A stretch of DNA of 64,000 bases. Origin: Microgenomates group bacterium GW2011_GWC1_46_15 (GTDB lineage: Bacteria; Patescibacteriota; Microgenomatia; UBA1400; UBA12028). How positions within the stretch are numbered: position 1 is the stretch's first letter; the number at the start of each line of letters is the position of its first letter. This document shows, one piece after another, positions 1-10,791 of this stretch. Below the pieces are notes generated by a model. The model had not been told where the DNA came from. It saw only the letters and a program-made list of their open reading frames with translations, and made no database searches. Location of the stretch: the NCBI GenBank assembly GCA_001002285.1, contig LCLX01000001.1, forward strand, positions 30 through 64,029, written 5' to 3'. Both the position numbers and the translations under genes were made by a program.

Positions 1-110
1 TAATACTTATTTAGATTGATTAATGAAGACATTGCGGCTTATTATACCGCTTTAAGTTTACTAGCCCCTATGATATAATCCTGATATATCAATAAAAAAA
101 GAGGTTCATT

Positions 111-521
111 ATGACTCGCCTTGAAGGAACAATATCCAATTTTATTGACGTTGCAAAAAAATTAAATGATGTCCTCGATGATTTCAAACGCAATTCTCCA
201 GATAAATATGCGGAGATTCTAGATAGTTTCACTTTCCCTGTAGGTGATGGGGCATGTGGATCAGATAGGAACGCCTGGATTAATGCTATCGAGGAACTAG
301 CAACGCTTCCAATTACAGCGGGTTCTGAATTTGGTAGGATTGTAAGACATGCTGCCATTCATTACAAACTATGTCAACAGAGGCGTATTATTGGTCGAAA
401 TGTTTTTCTTACACTTATCTCTTGCTCGGAAGTACTCCATAATCACATTTGGGCAATGGCTTTCCCCAAACAAGGATCCATCGGTGGAGCGCGGGCTCGT
501 CAGTCTGAGCGTCGTACATAA
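111..521 (+). CDS. hypothetical protein
   Basis: Six-frame ORF, 136 aa, no recognisable motif. Confidence 0.3.
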   Translation: MTRLEGTISNFIDVAKKLNDVLDDFKRNSPDKYAEILDSFTFPVGDGACGSDRNAWINAIEELATLPITAGSEFGRIVRHAAIHYKLCQQRRIIGRNVFLTLISCSEVLHNHIWAMAFPKQGSIGGARARQSERRT

Positions 522-561
522 AGTTCGTTACATTCCCGATCCGCCGTCGACCACACCAGCA

Positions 562-2136
562 TCACTGTCTACTGCCCGTACCTTCCACCGGAGTTGCCAA
601 CACGCCGAACAACTGCAGAACTTGTTTCACGCCCTTATCCGCGGTAAGTAATGCCTCCTGCAGTGTTTTATCTCCACTATTCACCGAGTTGATCACGTTT
701 TCATAGTACTTAATCGTTTGGTCATTAATACCGTTGTCAAACGTGCGCGAAGACAAGTACCACGACTGCGCTTTTGGCGCATCCTGAATATACGCGCCCA
801 TGTACGGATCGGAGGCAATGAGATCTTTCATGTCCACGCGCGAGTAAATTTCGCCAAACAATCGTGGTGTATTTTGCGCGGACGCGTTGTGCAGTTTTTG
901 CATCACGTCTTTACTGCTCATGTACACTAACAATTTCCATGCAACATCTGCGTTCTTGCTCGTTTTTGATACGCCTTCCGCCCAGTAACTCGCAAACGCA
1001 ACGTTCGTACCTGGAAGTTGTGGTACCGGTGCAATACCAAAATCAAGGTTTGGGTTAATAGATTTTACTTCAAACGCTCTCCACGAAGGCGCGAACATCA
1101 TCGCGGATTTTTCTGTCGCAAATGCATATGTTGAGTTTGGAAGCGTTTCATCCCACACCTTGAGCGCGCGGTAAAAGTTGGTGTAGTACTTGATTGCGTC
1201 GGAGGCAAGCTGTGTGCTGGGATTCGCTGGATCGGCATTGTTTTGGAAAAGCAAAAGGGCGAGAATATCAGAAAAATTGTCCACGTTTGTGGTTGTACCA
1301 AGCGCGATGCCGGCGCGGTCAATTTTCTTTGTTGTTGTGTTGCGGACTGTTAAGTCTTTCGCAATTGTTTCGAGGTCAGCCCACGTCGTTGGCGGTGTTT
1401 TCCCAGCCGTTTGGAAAAGCGTTTTGTTGTAGTACAAACCAAGGCCGTCATACATAAGTGGAATGCCAACAACGCCATCGGGTGTTTCAAGGTCTTTTGC
1501 GGCAGCAGGGTAAAATGTTTTTTCAAAATCTTGCCGGGATATGAGTGAAGACGGGAGTACCGCAAGCGATGTTCTCAGCATTGGCGTCCATGTCGCGTGG
1601 AAGCGGAACAGGTCTGGACCCTGTCCTTTTTTGAGTGCGTCTTGCAGGCGTTCGCGGTAGTCTTTTGGAGACTGCTGTTGATACTGTACGACGACATTAT
1701 TTTGTTTTTGGAACTCACTTAATACGTCAGTCATCGCGGCAGAGGGTTCCCATAGCCCCCAGTAGGTGATCGTTTTTTGTGAACCGCCGGGGCGGGCAAC
1801 GTCGCCGCCTGTTTGCGTATCTGATCCGGCCGGCGGAGTGGTTGAAAGGCTCGGTCCGTTTTGCTTTAACCCGCCAATGACGCGCGAAACAATAAAGAAA
1901 ATGATGCCGAAAACAACAAGACCTCCCAAAATAAATGGTAAAAATCGGAATGGTGATTTTTGAATATGGCTTGGATCTGCCGTCGCCACCGTTGCTCCTA
2001 CTTGAGAGAAAGACGGGTTTTCTGCAACCGATGGCTGTGTGGAAAACTGTGGAGTTTGTGATTGTGGTTGCGGTTGCCCCTGTGGTTGCGCTGGTAAAGA
2101 CTGCGGTGATTGAAACACTGATGTTGGATCGGGCAT
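562..2136 (-). CDS. ABC transporter extracellular solute-binding protein (family 1, sugar-type) with N-terminal TM anchor and P/Q-rich linker
   Basis: 524 aa; N-terminal hydrophobic helix then low-complexity PQ-rich stretch; body resembles MalE-like SBP (ITYWGLWEP..., KDYRERLQDALKKGQGPDLF). Confidence 0.65.
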   Translation of the reverse strand: MPDPTSVFQSPQSLPAQPQGQPQPQSQTPQFSTQPSVAENPSFSQVGATVATADPSHIQKSPFRFLPFILGGLVVFGIIFFIVSRVIGGLKQNGPSLSTTPPAGSDTQTGGDVARPGGSQKTITYWGLWEPSAAMTDVLSEFQKQNNVVVQYQQQSPKDYRERLQDALKKGQGPDLFRFHATWTPMLRTSLAVLPSSLISRQDFEKTFYPAAAKDLETPDGVVGIPLMYDGLGLYYNKTLFQTAGKTPPTTWADLETIAKDLTVRNTTTKKIDRAGIALGTTTNVDNFSDILALLLFQNNADPANPSTQLASDAIKYYTNFYRALKVWDETLPNSTYAFATEKSAMMFAPSWRAFEVKSINPNLDFGIAPVPQLPGTNVAFASYWAEGVSKTSKNADVAWKLLVYMSSKDVMQKLHNASAQNTPRLFGEIYSRVDMKDLIASDPYMGAYIQDAPKAQSWYLSSRTFDNGINDQTIKYYENVINSVNSGDKTLQEALLTADKGVKQVLQLFGVLATPVEGTGSRQ

Positions 2137-2165
2137 GATGATTCCTCTATACTACAATACAACAC

Positions 2166-3965
2166 ATGAGAAAGTTCCCACAAGGGAGCAAGCGGAAAAG
2201 CGGACGATACCAATCACTTCGCCGTACCACGCTCCATATTTTTCTCGGCTTTATTACTGCACTCTGCATTTTTCTCGTGTGGGTGTTCGCTATTTTTCGA
2301 AGCACTCCTTACATTTTACCCGGAGTGTCCGTAAACGGCGTTGAGGTTGGCGGAGAAACAAAAGAGCGCGCGGTTGAAATGGTCCGCGTGGCCATTCAGC
2401 ATAATCAGCAAAAACTCCCTGATATTGCGTTTACCATCGAACGCTCCACCTTTGCAACGCCGTCCGCAAGTCTGGGTATGCGACAAGACGTTGAGTATGC
2501 CGTAGATCAAGCATTTTCTGTTGGCCGGTCTTTTTCTCTGTTCAAAAACGTCATTGATATTACCGATGCGTACCGGCACGGGCGCGCCATTTTTGCGCCA
2601 TATGTGTTTGATGGCCAACGCATACGTAGCTGGACCGCGATGGTCGCAAAAGAAGTTGATGTTCCCGGGACAGAACCGTCTCTTGTGTTGCGCGTTTCTG
2701 GAAATCCTTCCACTCTTTCTGTGATTCCTGGAAAAGAACGGCGCGTGGTAGACACAACCGCGCTTGTTGAAACATTAAGCCAGCGTTTTCAAGAACCTCC
2801 CCCCCATATTGCACTACCTATTGTTGTTCGCCCGGCACTTACCCCGGACGAGAGTATTACTATTCAAAACCGGGCAAAAAACTTTGTCGGCAAATCCATT
2901 GTTGTTCGTATTGATTCATTTTCAACCACACTCAAAGACAAGGCATTGATTGATGTGCTTGCGCTCCCCACTGGGTTTCAGAAAGACCACATCCTTACGT
3001 TGGCAGAACGATGGAAAAAAAGTGTTGAGCGCCCCGCGCAGGAACCTAAGTTCGTATACGATGGGAAAAAAGTTACGACGTTTGATCCTCCCATATATGG
3101 ACGAACTATTTCTATTGATGAGACTGTTCGTAGTTTTACCGACGCGATGCATGCTATTGAGTACTCGAAGCTCGGTCAAGAAAACGAGCGCTTCATCGAA
3201 ATTTCTGTTGAAAAAACATATCCAAAAACGTCGCTCAAGTCATTGAATACGCTCGGCATTAACGAGCAAATTGGATATGGCGACTCGTTGTTTTATCACT
3301 CTATTCCAACGCGTGTTCACAATGTTGTACTCACCGCGCAACGCATTGATCTTTCGCTCGTTGCGCCAGGAGAAACGTTCAGCTTTAACGCGCATCTTGG
3401 CGACGTTTCTGGAAAAACAGGGTTCCAGCAAGCGTATGTTATTCAGGAGGGCCGCACGGTGTTGGGTGATGGCGGCGGGGTGTGTCAAGTTTCCACAACC
3501 GTGTTCCGCGCTGTACTGGATGCTGGTTTACCGATTGTTGAGCGACACGGACATAGTTATCGTGTTGGATATTACGAGCAAAACTCCGCGCCCGGATTTG
3601 ATGCAACAGTGTTTGCGCCATCGGTTGATTTTAAGTTTAAAAATGACACGCCTGCGTATATTTTGGTCCATACCGTTCCCGATGCGAAAAATTTAAGCTT
3701 ACAAATCGAGCTGTGGGGAACAAAAGATGGGCGGACTGTTGAAATTTCTGAACAAAAAGTGTGGGATAACGTGCCGCCACGGTCAACAATATATCAGGAC
3801 GATCCGTCATTACCGCCCGGAGTATTAAAGCAAGTTGATTGGTCGGCGCCGGGGGCAAAAGCATCGTTCAAGTATGTGGTAAAGCGAGATGGTGAAGTGT
3901 TACAGGACCGCGTGTTTAAGACGGTGTATCAACCGTGGGCGGCGGTGTATTTGAGAGGGATTTAA
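2166..3965 (+). CDS. VanW family protein
   Basis: 599 aa; N-terminal TM; VanW core motif GGGVCQVSTTVFRAVLDAGLPIVERHGHSY. Confidence 0.75.
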   Translation: MRKFPQGSKRKSGRYQSLRRTTLHIFLGFITALCIFLVWVFAIFRSTPYILPGVSVNGVEVGGETKERAVEMVRVAIQHNQQKLPDIAFTIERSTFATPSASLGMRQDVEYAVDQAFSVGRSFSLFKNVIDITDAYRHGRAIFAPYVFDGQRIRSWTAMVAKEVDVPGTEPSLVLRVSGNPSTLSVIPGKERRVVDTTALVETLSQRFQEPPPHIALPIVVRPALTPDESITIQNRAKNFVGKSIVVRIDSFSTTLKDKALIDVLALPTGFQKDHILTLAERWKKSVERPAQEPKFVYDGKKVTTFDPPIYGRTISIDETVRSFTDAMHAIEYSKLGQENERFIEISVEKTYPKTSLKSLNTLGINEQIGYGDSLFYHSIPTRVHNVVLTAQRIDLSLVAPGETFSFNAHLGDVSGKTGFQQAYVIQEGRTVLGDGGGVCQVSTTVFRAVLDAGLPIVERHGHSYRVGYYEQNSAPGFDATVFAPSVDFKFKNDTPAYILVHTVPDAKNLSLQIELWGTKDGRTVEISEQKVWDNVPPRSTIYQDDPSLPPGVLKQVDWSAPGAKASFKYVVKRDGEVLQDRVFKTVYQPWAAVYLRGI

Positions 3966-3977
3966 AAAAATATCAAT

Positions 3978-4277
3978 CTACTGATGTTGCGTAAGCCCTC
4001 GAATCTTTGCCTCAATAAGTTCTTTTATCCCTTTTTTGAGTTCGGAAATATTCCCCGCTTCTGTAAGTCCCTGAGCGGTGCTCAGCATAACTTTGCCATC
4101 AGCGTAAAGCATTACCGTTAAACCACGTAACTGGGCAGACACATATTTGGTGGGGTCACAAAAAATTGCAACATCTTGGGGTTGCGTGTCAAAACCTTGT
4201 GCAAGAAGGGGTACAAATTCTTTTCTTACATAGGCTTCCATCTGGCCAACAGAAAGCATTTTTATATCTTCTACCAA
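3978..4277 (-). CDS. hypothetical small protein (possible roadblock/LC7-like fold)
   Basis: 99 aa ORF; only weak resemblance to roadblock domain. Confidence 0.3.
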   Translation of the reverse strand: MVEDIKMLSVGQMEAYVRKEFVPLLAQGFDTQPQDVAIFCDPTKYVSAQLRGLTVMLYADGKVMLSTAQGLTEAGNISELKKGIKELIEAKIRGLTQHQ

Positions 4278-4339
4278 TCCTCATGTAACATACCCATCGA
4301 TGTCTACCAACTGAAGTCCCATATTTCCTCCTTTGTCCT

Positions 4340-6700
4340 TTGTACAGTCCCCGCAATTGTATCGTTTTTTTACCTCAAGTCAAACTTCCCATTTCCCTTT
4401 CCTTCGAGTACAATCGGGCCATGGACACAGCCTTTATTCCCAAAGATCATGAGTCATCAATGTACGCGTTGTGGGAACAAAACAACGCGTTTCAGCCTGA
4501 CCTCAAAAGTACAAAAAAACCGTTTTCTATTCTCCTTCCTCCGCCAAATGCTAACGCGTCGTTACACGCCGGTCACGCAATGTACGTGATTGAAGACATT
4601 TTAGTCCGGTGGAAACGCATGCAGGGTTACCCCACTGTGTGGATTCCCGGCACCGACCACGCGGGATACGAAACACAGTATGTGTATGAAAAACAGCTCT
4701 CGAAACAGGGAAAATCACGGTTCGAGTTTGACCGGCAAACACTGTATGACGATGTTGCGGCATTTGTGAAACAAAACTCCGGCCTCATTGAGGAACAGCT
4801 CAAAGTTCTTGGATTTTCGCTTGATTGGTCGCGTAAAACATTCATGCTTGATGAAAAAGTCATCCGCATTGTGTACTCCACGTTTGAAAAATTAGTGAAA
4901 GACGGCTTAGTGTACCGCGACAACTACATCGTGAACTTTTGCCCAAAGTGTGGCACGACGTTTGCTGATCTGGAAGTCAACCATATTGAGCGCAAAGATC
5001 CGCTGTACTACATCAAGTACGGCCCGTTTACAATCGCAACGGTGCGGCCAGAAACAAAGTTTCGCGATGTTGCATTAGCGGCACATCCAAAAGACCCCCG
5101 GTATAAAAAGTGGATCGGGAAAAAAGTTGAAGTGCTTGGGTTGCTTGGCCCTGTGAGCATGACTGTGTTGGCCGATGAAGGCGTTGATCCAAAGTTTGGC
5201 ACCGGCATCATGAAGGTGACCCCCGCGCACGATCCGCATGATTTTGCATTAGGAAAAAAACACAACCTTCCTGTTGATTCTATTATTGATACCCGCGGCC
5301 GCATGGACTTCTCGTGGTACTTGAATACACATAACGAAAAAAATACCGAGGTTAAATATCTTGACCGCGCGAAAAAATATCATGGAAAATCGGTCAAAGA
5401 CATGCGCGTACTTATGCTCGAGGATCTCAAGCAAGATGGCATTTTAGAAAAAATTGATGAGAACTACACACATAGTGTCGCGGTGTGTTACAAGTCCGAC
5501 CATGACATTGAACCGCTCGTGCTCCCCAACTGGTTTATCCGCATGAAACCATTAGCTGAGCCCGCGATGAAAGCAGCAAAAGAAGGCCTCGTAACATTCG
5601 TGCCAAAGCGGTTTGAAAAGCAGTACTACCAATGGTTGGAAAAGTTCATTGATTGGCCAATTTCCCGTCAGATTGTGTGGGGCATCCGCATTCCCGTGTG
5701 GTACTCCGTCAAAGAAAATCCTGATCTTGAGGTAACGTTTTTAAATGCAAAACATGAACGTGTGATTGGAAAAGTATCTGAGCTCCTTGCGCAACACAAC
5801 ACAATGCAAGAAATCACTGATGGGCTCCAGCAGCTTCGCGCTTCAGCCAACGCTAAATTTGTCGTGAGCGATAAAAAACCCGGCGAAGAGTACTTGCCGG
5901 AAACCGACACATTTGACACGTGGTTTAGTTCGGGCCAATGGCCGCTCACAACGCTCGACTATCCAAATGGTAAAGATTTTAAAACATTCTACCCAACAAG
6001 CGTGCTCGACACGATGTGGGATATTTTGTTTTTCTGGGTTGCCCGCATGATCATGTTTGGGTTGTACATGACCGGCGAAGTTCCGTTCAAAACGGTGTAC
6101 CTCCACTCGATGGTTACTGATGAAAAAGGCCAAAAAATGAGTAAATCAAAAGGCAACGTCATTAATCCTATTGAAATCGTGAACGAGTTTGGCGCGGACG
6201 CTTTGCGTATTTCGTTGGTTGCTGGATCAACGCCGGGAAATCCCATCGCGTTGAGCAAGGAAAAAGTAAAAGGCTACCGGAACTTTGGAAACAAATTGTG
6301 GAATATCGGCCGATATATTCTGTTGCAACACGAGGCTGGAACAAAAATTATTGCGCTACCCAAAAAACTAGATAAAGAACACGCGACCATACTCAAAAGT
6401 CTGAGCTCAACAGTAAAGTACATCACTTCCGCACTTGAGAAGTACCGCTTCTCCGATGCCGCGCTTCGCCTTCACGGATTTGTGTGGGATGAGTGTGCAA
6501 ATACGTATCTTGAAAAAACAAAAAGCAATACAGATGGCGGTGAAACATTCACGACACTCGTACGCGTATTCACAACATCTCTTAAACTTCTTCATCCATT
6601 CATGCCGTTTGTTACGGAATCCATTTGGCAGGAATTTTCTAAAACACACCTTGTTGATGAACCATTACTCATGACCGCAGAATGGCCCAAATCAGTCTGA
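4340..6700 (+). CDS. valS: valine--tRNA ligase (class I aaRS); probable true start at Met near 4421
   Basis: PPPNANASLHAGHA (HIGH region in ValRS-style context), DWPISRQIVWGIRIPVWY, DTWFSSGQWP, KMSKSKGNVINP (KMSKS); lacks C-terminal coiled coil. Confidence 0.88.
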   Translation: MYSPRNCIVFLPQVKLPISLSFEYNRAMDTAFIPKDHESSMYALWEQNNAFQPDLKSTKKPFSILLPPPNANASLHAGHAMYVIEDILVRWKRMQGYPTVWIPGTDHAGYETQYVYEKQLSKQGKSRFEFDRQTLYDDVAAFVKQNSGLIEEQLKVLGFSLDWSRKTFMLDEKVIRIVYSTFEKLVKDGLVYRDNYIVNFCPKCGTTFADLEVNHIERKDPLYYIKYGPFTIATVRPETKFRDVALAAHPKDPRYKKWIGKKVEVLGLLGPVSMTVLADEGVDPKFGTGIMKVTPAHDPHDFALGKKHNLPVDSIIDTRGRMDFSWYLNTHNEKNTEVKYLDRAKKYHGKSVKDMRVLMLEDLKQDGILEKIDENYTHSVAVCYKSDHDIEPLVLPNWFIRMKPLAEPAMKAAKEGLVTFVPKRFEKQYYQWLEKFIDWPISRQIVWGIRIPVWYSVKENPDLEVTFLNAKHERVIGKVSELLAQHNTMQEITDGLQQLRASANAKFVVSDKKPGEEYLPETDTFDTWFSSGQWPLTTLDYPNGKDFKTFYPTSVLDTMWDILFFWVARMIMFGLYMTGEVPFKTVYLHSMVTDEKGQKMSKSKGNVINPIEIVNEFGADALRISLVAGSTPGNPIALSKEKVKGYRNFGNKLWNIGRYILLQHEAGTKIIALPKKLDKEHATILKSLSSTVKYITSALEKYRFSDAALRLHGFVWDECANTYLEKTKSNTDGGETFTTLVRVFTTSLKLLHPFMPFVTESIWQEFSKTHLVDEPLLMTAEWPKSV

Positions 6701-6712
6701 TATGATAACTCA

Positions 6713-7216
6713 ATGAGGGATTCACTTATTTTCGCTCTCGCGTATCTCAAATACGGCATTGATACTGTCGCACGTACGCCGTCTTATATTGTCCTGTGTG
6801 TATTTATTACGATCACACTGATTGCAACAGCGTTTCGATGGGACTCGGCAATACTGAAAACACATCCACTCATGGGAACTACTTCCCCATCAGCATATCT
6901 CAACGCTATTCATTTTCTTGTTTCGTCATATGGAGACCGACAGGCTGCGGAAGTTTTGGCGAAACAGATACGTGATACAAAAGAACTTGATGGCGCGCTC
7001 CATCCCGAAAACCGTATTAAAAATCTAGAAACATTTTGGCAATCGGTGGCCACTCAACAAGCAAATGCGCGTGAAGCGTTGTTTGCGTTGGCAATCATAC
7101 ACGTTCAACTCTATGAAGATGCTCAAGCAAAGGAGTCCGCACAACATGCGATGCTCGTCGAGCCAAACGATCCACGGAGAAATCAAGTACTTCGGGAAAT
7201 ACTGCAGAAAAATTAA
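6713..7216 (+). CDS. hypothetical membrane-anchored protein
   Basis: 167 aa, one TM helix, helical C-terminal part. Confidence 0.35.
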   Translation: MRDSLIFALAYLKYGIDTVARTPSYIVLCVFITITLIATAFRWDSAILKTHPLMGTTSPSAYLNAIHFLVSSYGDRQAAEVLAKQIRDTKELDGALHPENRIKNLETFWQSVATQQANAREALFALAIIHVQLYEDAQAKESAQHAMLVEPNDPRRNQVLREILQKN

Positions 7217-7962
7217 CCCTTTTTCTCTTCTTTTTTCTCGGGAGCTGCTGGTTTTATTGCTGGTTTTGCCGCCACTTTACCGGCTGGCTGTTTCGCACCA
7301 GCGCCAGCCTCAGCTGCCACTTCGCCTTCTTCGCCCTCTTTCTTCGCGCCTTGTACCGTTGTTTCAGTTTCAACTGGCTCAACAACCACTGGTTCCTCTT
7401 CTTTCTTTGGCTCTTGAATCAGCACAAGCACTTCTTCTGGAGGAAGCTTCACTTCAATTTTTGCGCGGTCAAACTGGAGATCAGAAACTTTATATTCCTT
7501 CCCAATTTCCGTAAGCCCACTAATATCAAACACAAACTTTTCTGGAAGATCGGATGGCAACGCCTCAACCTCAATCTCGTCGTGGAGCGCGAGCAAAACG
7601 CCACCAGCTTTCACCGCGACAGACTCTCCGATGAGCTCGAGCGGAACTTTTGCAGTCACTTTTTCTTTCAAGTCAACTTGCTGAAGATCAACGTGAAGCA
7701 GTTTTCCGGAAAGCGGGTGATATGCGATGTTGGTAACAAGTACGGGGCGAGGCGTTGTTTCGCCTTCAATAGTGAGTTCAATAAGACCCGTTTCTCCGGC
7801 AGCCGCAAATGTTTTTGTAAATGCAATTTCGTCGAGTTCAATCGAAACCGAGGCGGTGTTGCCGAACACATTCGCCGGAAGCTTGCGCTGCGCGCGGAGT
7901 TGTTTTACCTTTTTTCCAAGAAGCGTGCGCTTCTTTGCTTGAAGGATGTGTTTCTGTTTCAT
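7213..7962 (-). CDS. rplY: 50S ribosomal protein L25 / general stress protein Ctc form with E/K/A-rich C-terminal tail
   Basis: KLLHVDLQQVDLKEKVTAKVPLELIGESVAVKAGGVL...ALPSDLPE matches L25/Ctc core. Confidence 0.85.
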   Translation of the reverse strand: MKQKHILQAKKRTLLGKKVKQLRAQRKLPANVFGNTASVSIELDEIAFTKTFAAAGETGLIELTIEGETTPRPVLVTNIAYHPLSGKLLHVDLQQVDLKEKVTAKVPLELIGESVAVKAGGVLLALHDEIEVEALPSDLPEKFVFDISGLTEIGKEYKVSDLQFDRAKIEVKLPPEEVLVLIQEPKKEEEPVVVEPVETETTVQGAKKEGEEGEVAAEAGAGAKQPAGKVAAKPAIKPAAPEKKEEKKG

Positions 7963-7980
7963 AAGATGCTGATTCTATCA

Positions 7981-10620
7981 TCACTCTCGAGCAACTTCAA
8001 CAGCCATGTACTGGTGCGTGTCCATCGCGGTATCAAACTGAATAATGTTCCCTACCACCGCACCTTCCGGCGCAACAACCACCGCTTGCAGTGGTTTCTG
8101 CACTTGCAGAGAAAGCGAGGCGGGATAGGCATCGCTTCCGGGCTGACGTTGGAGAAAGAGCGCGTATGACGTAATTTTGGACGTAGTAAGTTGCGTGGTG
8201 TAACTCACCGTCACCGTCGTGGTCTTCCCCACCGGAATATCCAGAGGAAATCCAATAACACGCTTTCCAAACTCACTGTCCTGCGTAATGGCCGAAGCAG
8301 AAAGCGGTTTTTGGTCAATCACGATATTTGTGAGCTGAGTAAAATCAGGAACATACAGGCGGATGTAATCTCTATACGGGCCCGCCGGCCAAGCCGACGA
8401 CGGCGCGCCATTGGTAAACCGCATCGTGTGCGTATGAATCGCAGCATTTTCCGTCAAGATGACGGAGTGGTTCATAGACCGTTTTACATAAAAATTCGCA
8501 CGGTTTACCCCGACATTGGTGTCTACATGAAAAACCGTATCAACAAAGCATGGATACTGCGCAAACTGCGGCGGGCACGGCGGAGTTGCCACTGCCCCAC
8601 TCCACCCAAGCAGGGCAAACGTTTGTTGAATGTCGCTATCGTTTACCGCAAGTAATGTGTCGCTCGTTTCTAGTGTTTTTAAAAGCGCCGTTCCAAGTTT
8701 TTCCGCAGGCTCAACATCGCGCACTACCTGCACCGCTGAAAAAATTGTGCTGGAAAGCGCGGTTAAGTACTCCCGCTTTTTTGTGCCCGTGAGCGAAAGA
8801 GACAACTCACTTCTGTTCTGCAGGCGTTCAAAAATGTTCTCAACAGAAACCGACTCGTTATCATAGTCCGCGACACGAACCGGCCTAATCGCCCGGAGTA
8901 TTTCTTGTAGCGTATTCGCGTTAATTCCGATTACCCCGTCTATCTTTACCCCCAGTTCTTTCTCGATAAACCATAGTGATTGGCGCGCGGTTTTTGGAAA
9001 GTCCGGACTCCAGTTGCTGTCGCGGAAGTACCACTGTTTTTCTGAAAGATATTTTTGCAAGTCGGCCGGCGGCTCAACTTTGCCATTAAGCAGGGTGTCG
9101 GCGGCATACGAATCTTGGACTTGAACGTCCAACAACTTTCCTTTGTCAAACGTAACAAGTGCAAAACTGCCGATAAATCCGCCCGTTGGGCGTAGTTCCA
9201 GCGGGTTTTGAATTAACACAAGGTATGTTTTTTTCTGTTGAGTTCCGAACATCTGCGCGACCGCAGGGAGCGCATGATCAATCGAAATGGTGTCTTTCCG
9301 CAACTCCATGAGCTTTTTCTGCAGCGCCTGATATGTTTTATCATCCTCAAAAAGTGTGTTTTGTTTTGCGCGTGAAAGTTCAGCAGAAAACTGCGCAAGT
9401 TGCTTCTCGACGTACTCCGTGTCGCTCTGCACTTGGTTTACGTGTGCAAATGGCTGTTCATTCCCAGATGACACTACTTGAATAAATATATTCGCAAGCG
9501 ATTGAGAGAGTTGCGCGCTCGACTGCATCGCCGCCGCCCCCTTCTCTAAGATTTGAATAAGTTGTTCTGTGTCTTCAACAACATCTTCTTTTCCAAAAAG
9601 TGAGTACAATGGGGTAACGACTGGCCGCACTACCTGAAATACGATAGCCCTTCTTTGCAAAGCAGATGTTTCTTTTTTGATACTTCCCTGAGTAAGGGCG
9701 TCGGAAAACAGGACCGCCTGCGTTCCTCGAAGCGACGCCTGAATCCCCTTTTTAATGTACTCAAAAAGCAGCGTTACGCTTAAAAGAAATATTCCCGCTA
9801 TGGTGAGTGAAAAAAGAATAATTTTTGCTTCTTTATTGAGGTAACGAAATAATGGTTTATGCCTAGTGGCCTGGTCTGAGCGGCGCTGTGGTGAGCTTGG
9901 TTGTGGGGACATAGACGGCGCAGGCGCTTGGCGGTTCTTCTGAAACAGTGCAAATAGTACGCGCTCTTTTTCGTGCTCTTCGTGATCGCTTTCAGATTGA
10001 GATTGGGGCTGAACTTGCGGCGCCGTTTTTATTTTTATCTGCGGGACTTGCCGACGCACCGTCCCCCGGACTTCAAACTCTGTTGGAAGGTGCGAAAAAA
10101 GCGAGTACGTCTTGGAAACTGGAATAACAATCTTTTTTTTCTGCGCAGCTTCATCGCGCGCTTCTTGGCCAGTTTTTGTTGTGATCCGAACCTCTCCCCT
10201 CTTTTTTCTCCCATTCAAGATTTGATCAAGTACTGTGCGGATATTTTCAGGACTTACTTCAAACACATCCACAATCATGACAAGCGACTGCTTTGCTATT
10301 TTTTTTATCTCTTCCTGGCTAGACTCAAAAACGTTCTCTGAAATAAGGAGAAAACATGGGCTCCCCCACTCTTTTCCTTTTTGTATTGCGAGCGCAAGTG
10401 TCTCGGCAGTCCCTTTCCCCCATCGGTCAGCGGAAAAAACCACCGCGTATGGCGTTCCCTTGGGAGGAAACCGGGAAAATTCGTGCGCGAATCTCCCCTC
10501 GTACTCTGGATTTTGTATTCCAACGTGGCGTACAAGCGTTTCCACAAACACGCTCTTCTCACCGAAAAAGATAACGGGGATACTCTCCTGAAGTGTTTCT
10601 GTAATAAAGCGTCGTGGCAT
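7981..10620 (-). CDS. large membrane protein with DUF4012-like extracellular domain
   Basis: 879 aa; central TM; region LVLIQNPLELRPTGGFIGSFALVTFDKGKLLDVQVQDSY typical of DUF4012 (CPR/Actinobacteria). Confidence 0.55.
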   Translation of the reverse strand: MPRRFITETLQESIPVIFFGEKSVFVETLVRHVGIQNPEYEGRFAHEFSRFPPKGTPYAVVFSADRWGKGTAETLALAIQKGKEWGSPCFLLISENVFESSQEEIKKIAKQSLVMIVDVFEVSPENIRTVLDQILNGRKKRGEVRITTKTGQEARDEAAQKKKIVIPVSKTYSLFSHLPTEFEVRGTVRRQVPQIKIKTAPQVQPQSQSESDHEEHEKERVLFALFQKNRQAPAPSMSPQPSSPQRRSDQATRHKPLFRYLNKEAKIILFSLTIAGIFLLSVTLLFEYIKKGIQASLRGTQAVLFSDALTQGSIKKETSALQRRAIVFQVVRPVVTPLYSLFGKEDVVEDTEQLIQILEKGAAAMQSSAQLSQSLANIFIQVVSSGNEQPFAHVNQVQSDTEYVEKQLAQFSAELSRAKQNTLFEDDKTYQALQKKLMELRKDTISIDHALPAVAQMFGTQQKKTYLVLIQNPLELRPTGGFIGSFALVTFDKGKLLDVQVQDSYAADTLLNGKVEPPADLQKYLSEKQWYFRDSNWSPDFPKTARQSLWFIEKELGVKIDGVIGINANTLQEILRAIRPVRVADYDNESVSVENIFERLQNRSELSLSLTGTKKREYLTALSSTIFSAVQVVRDVEPAEKLGTALLKTLETSDTLLAVNDSDIQQTFALLGWSGAVATPPCPPQFAQYPCFVDTVFHVDTNVGVNRANFYVKRSMNHSVILTENAAIHTHTMRFTNGAPSSAWPAGPYRDYIRLYVPDFTQLTNIVIDQKPLSASAITQDSEFGKRVIGFPLDIPVGKTTTVTVSYTTQLTTSKITSYALFLQRQPGSDAYPASLSLQVQKPLQAVVVAPEGAVVGNIIQFDTAMDTHQYMAVEVARE

Positions 10621-10791
10621 GGCGGGCAGTCCTCTCCCCCTATCCTACTTCACCCTGACATTGGGTTCAAGATTAACGCCTGGAACGCTTCCCTTCATGA
10701 AGATTCTTTAAAAATTCCAACATAACGACGTTGAGTTTTCACGTTTTTGCTTTACCCATGTTTTGAGAGATATATTCTACTTGTGTGAGGA

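Noticed and set aside
3978-4277. Roadblock/LC7 (MglB-like) assignment for the 99-aa protein
   Set aside because: Similarity is too weak to call by eye; kept as hypothetical.
4278-4420. Possible T-box leader upstream of valS
   Set aside because: No T-box consensus (AATTAGGGTGGNACCGCG) or specifier-loop structure recognisable; likely just a long 5' UTR or mis-set start.
7351-8169. 272-aa plus-strand ORF overlapping rplY and the DUF4012 gene
   Set aside because: Overlaps two well-supported minus-strand genes; Phe/Asn/Arg-rich nonsense composition.
10305-10725. Several 70-118-aa ORFs on both strands at the 5' end of the DUF4012 gene
   Set aside because: All are nested within or antisense to the 879-aa ORF and lack motifs.
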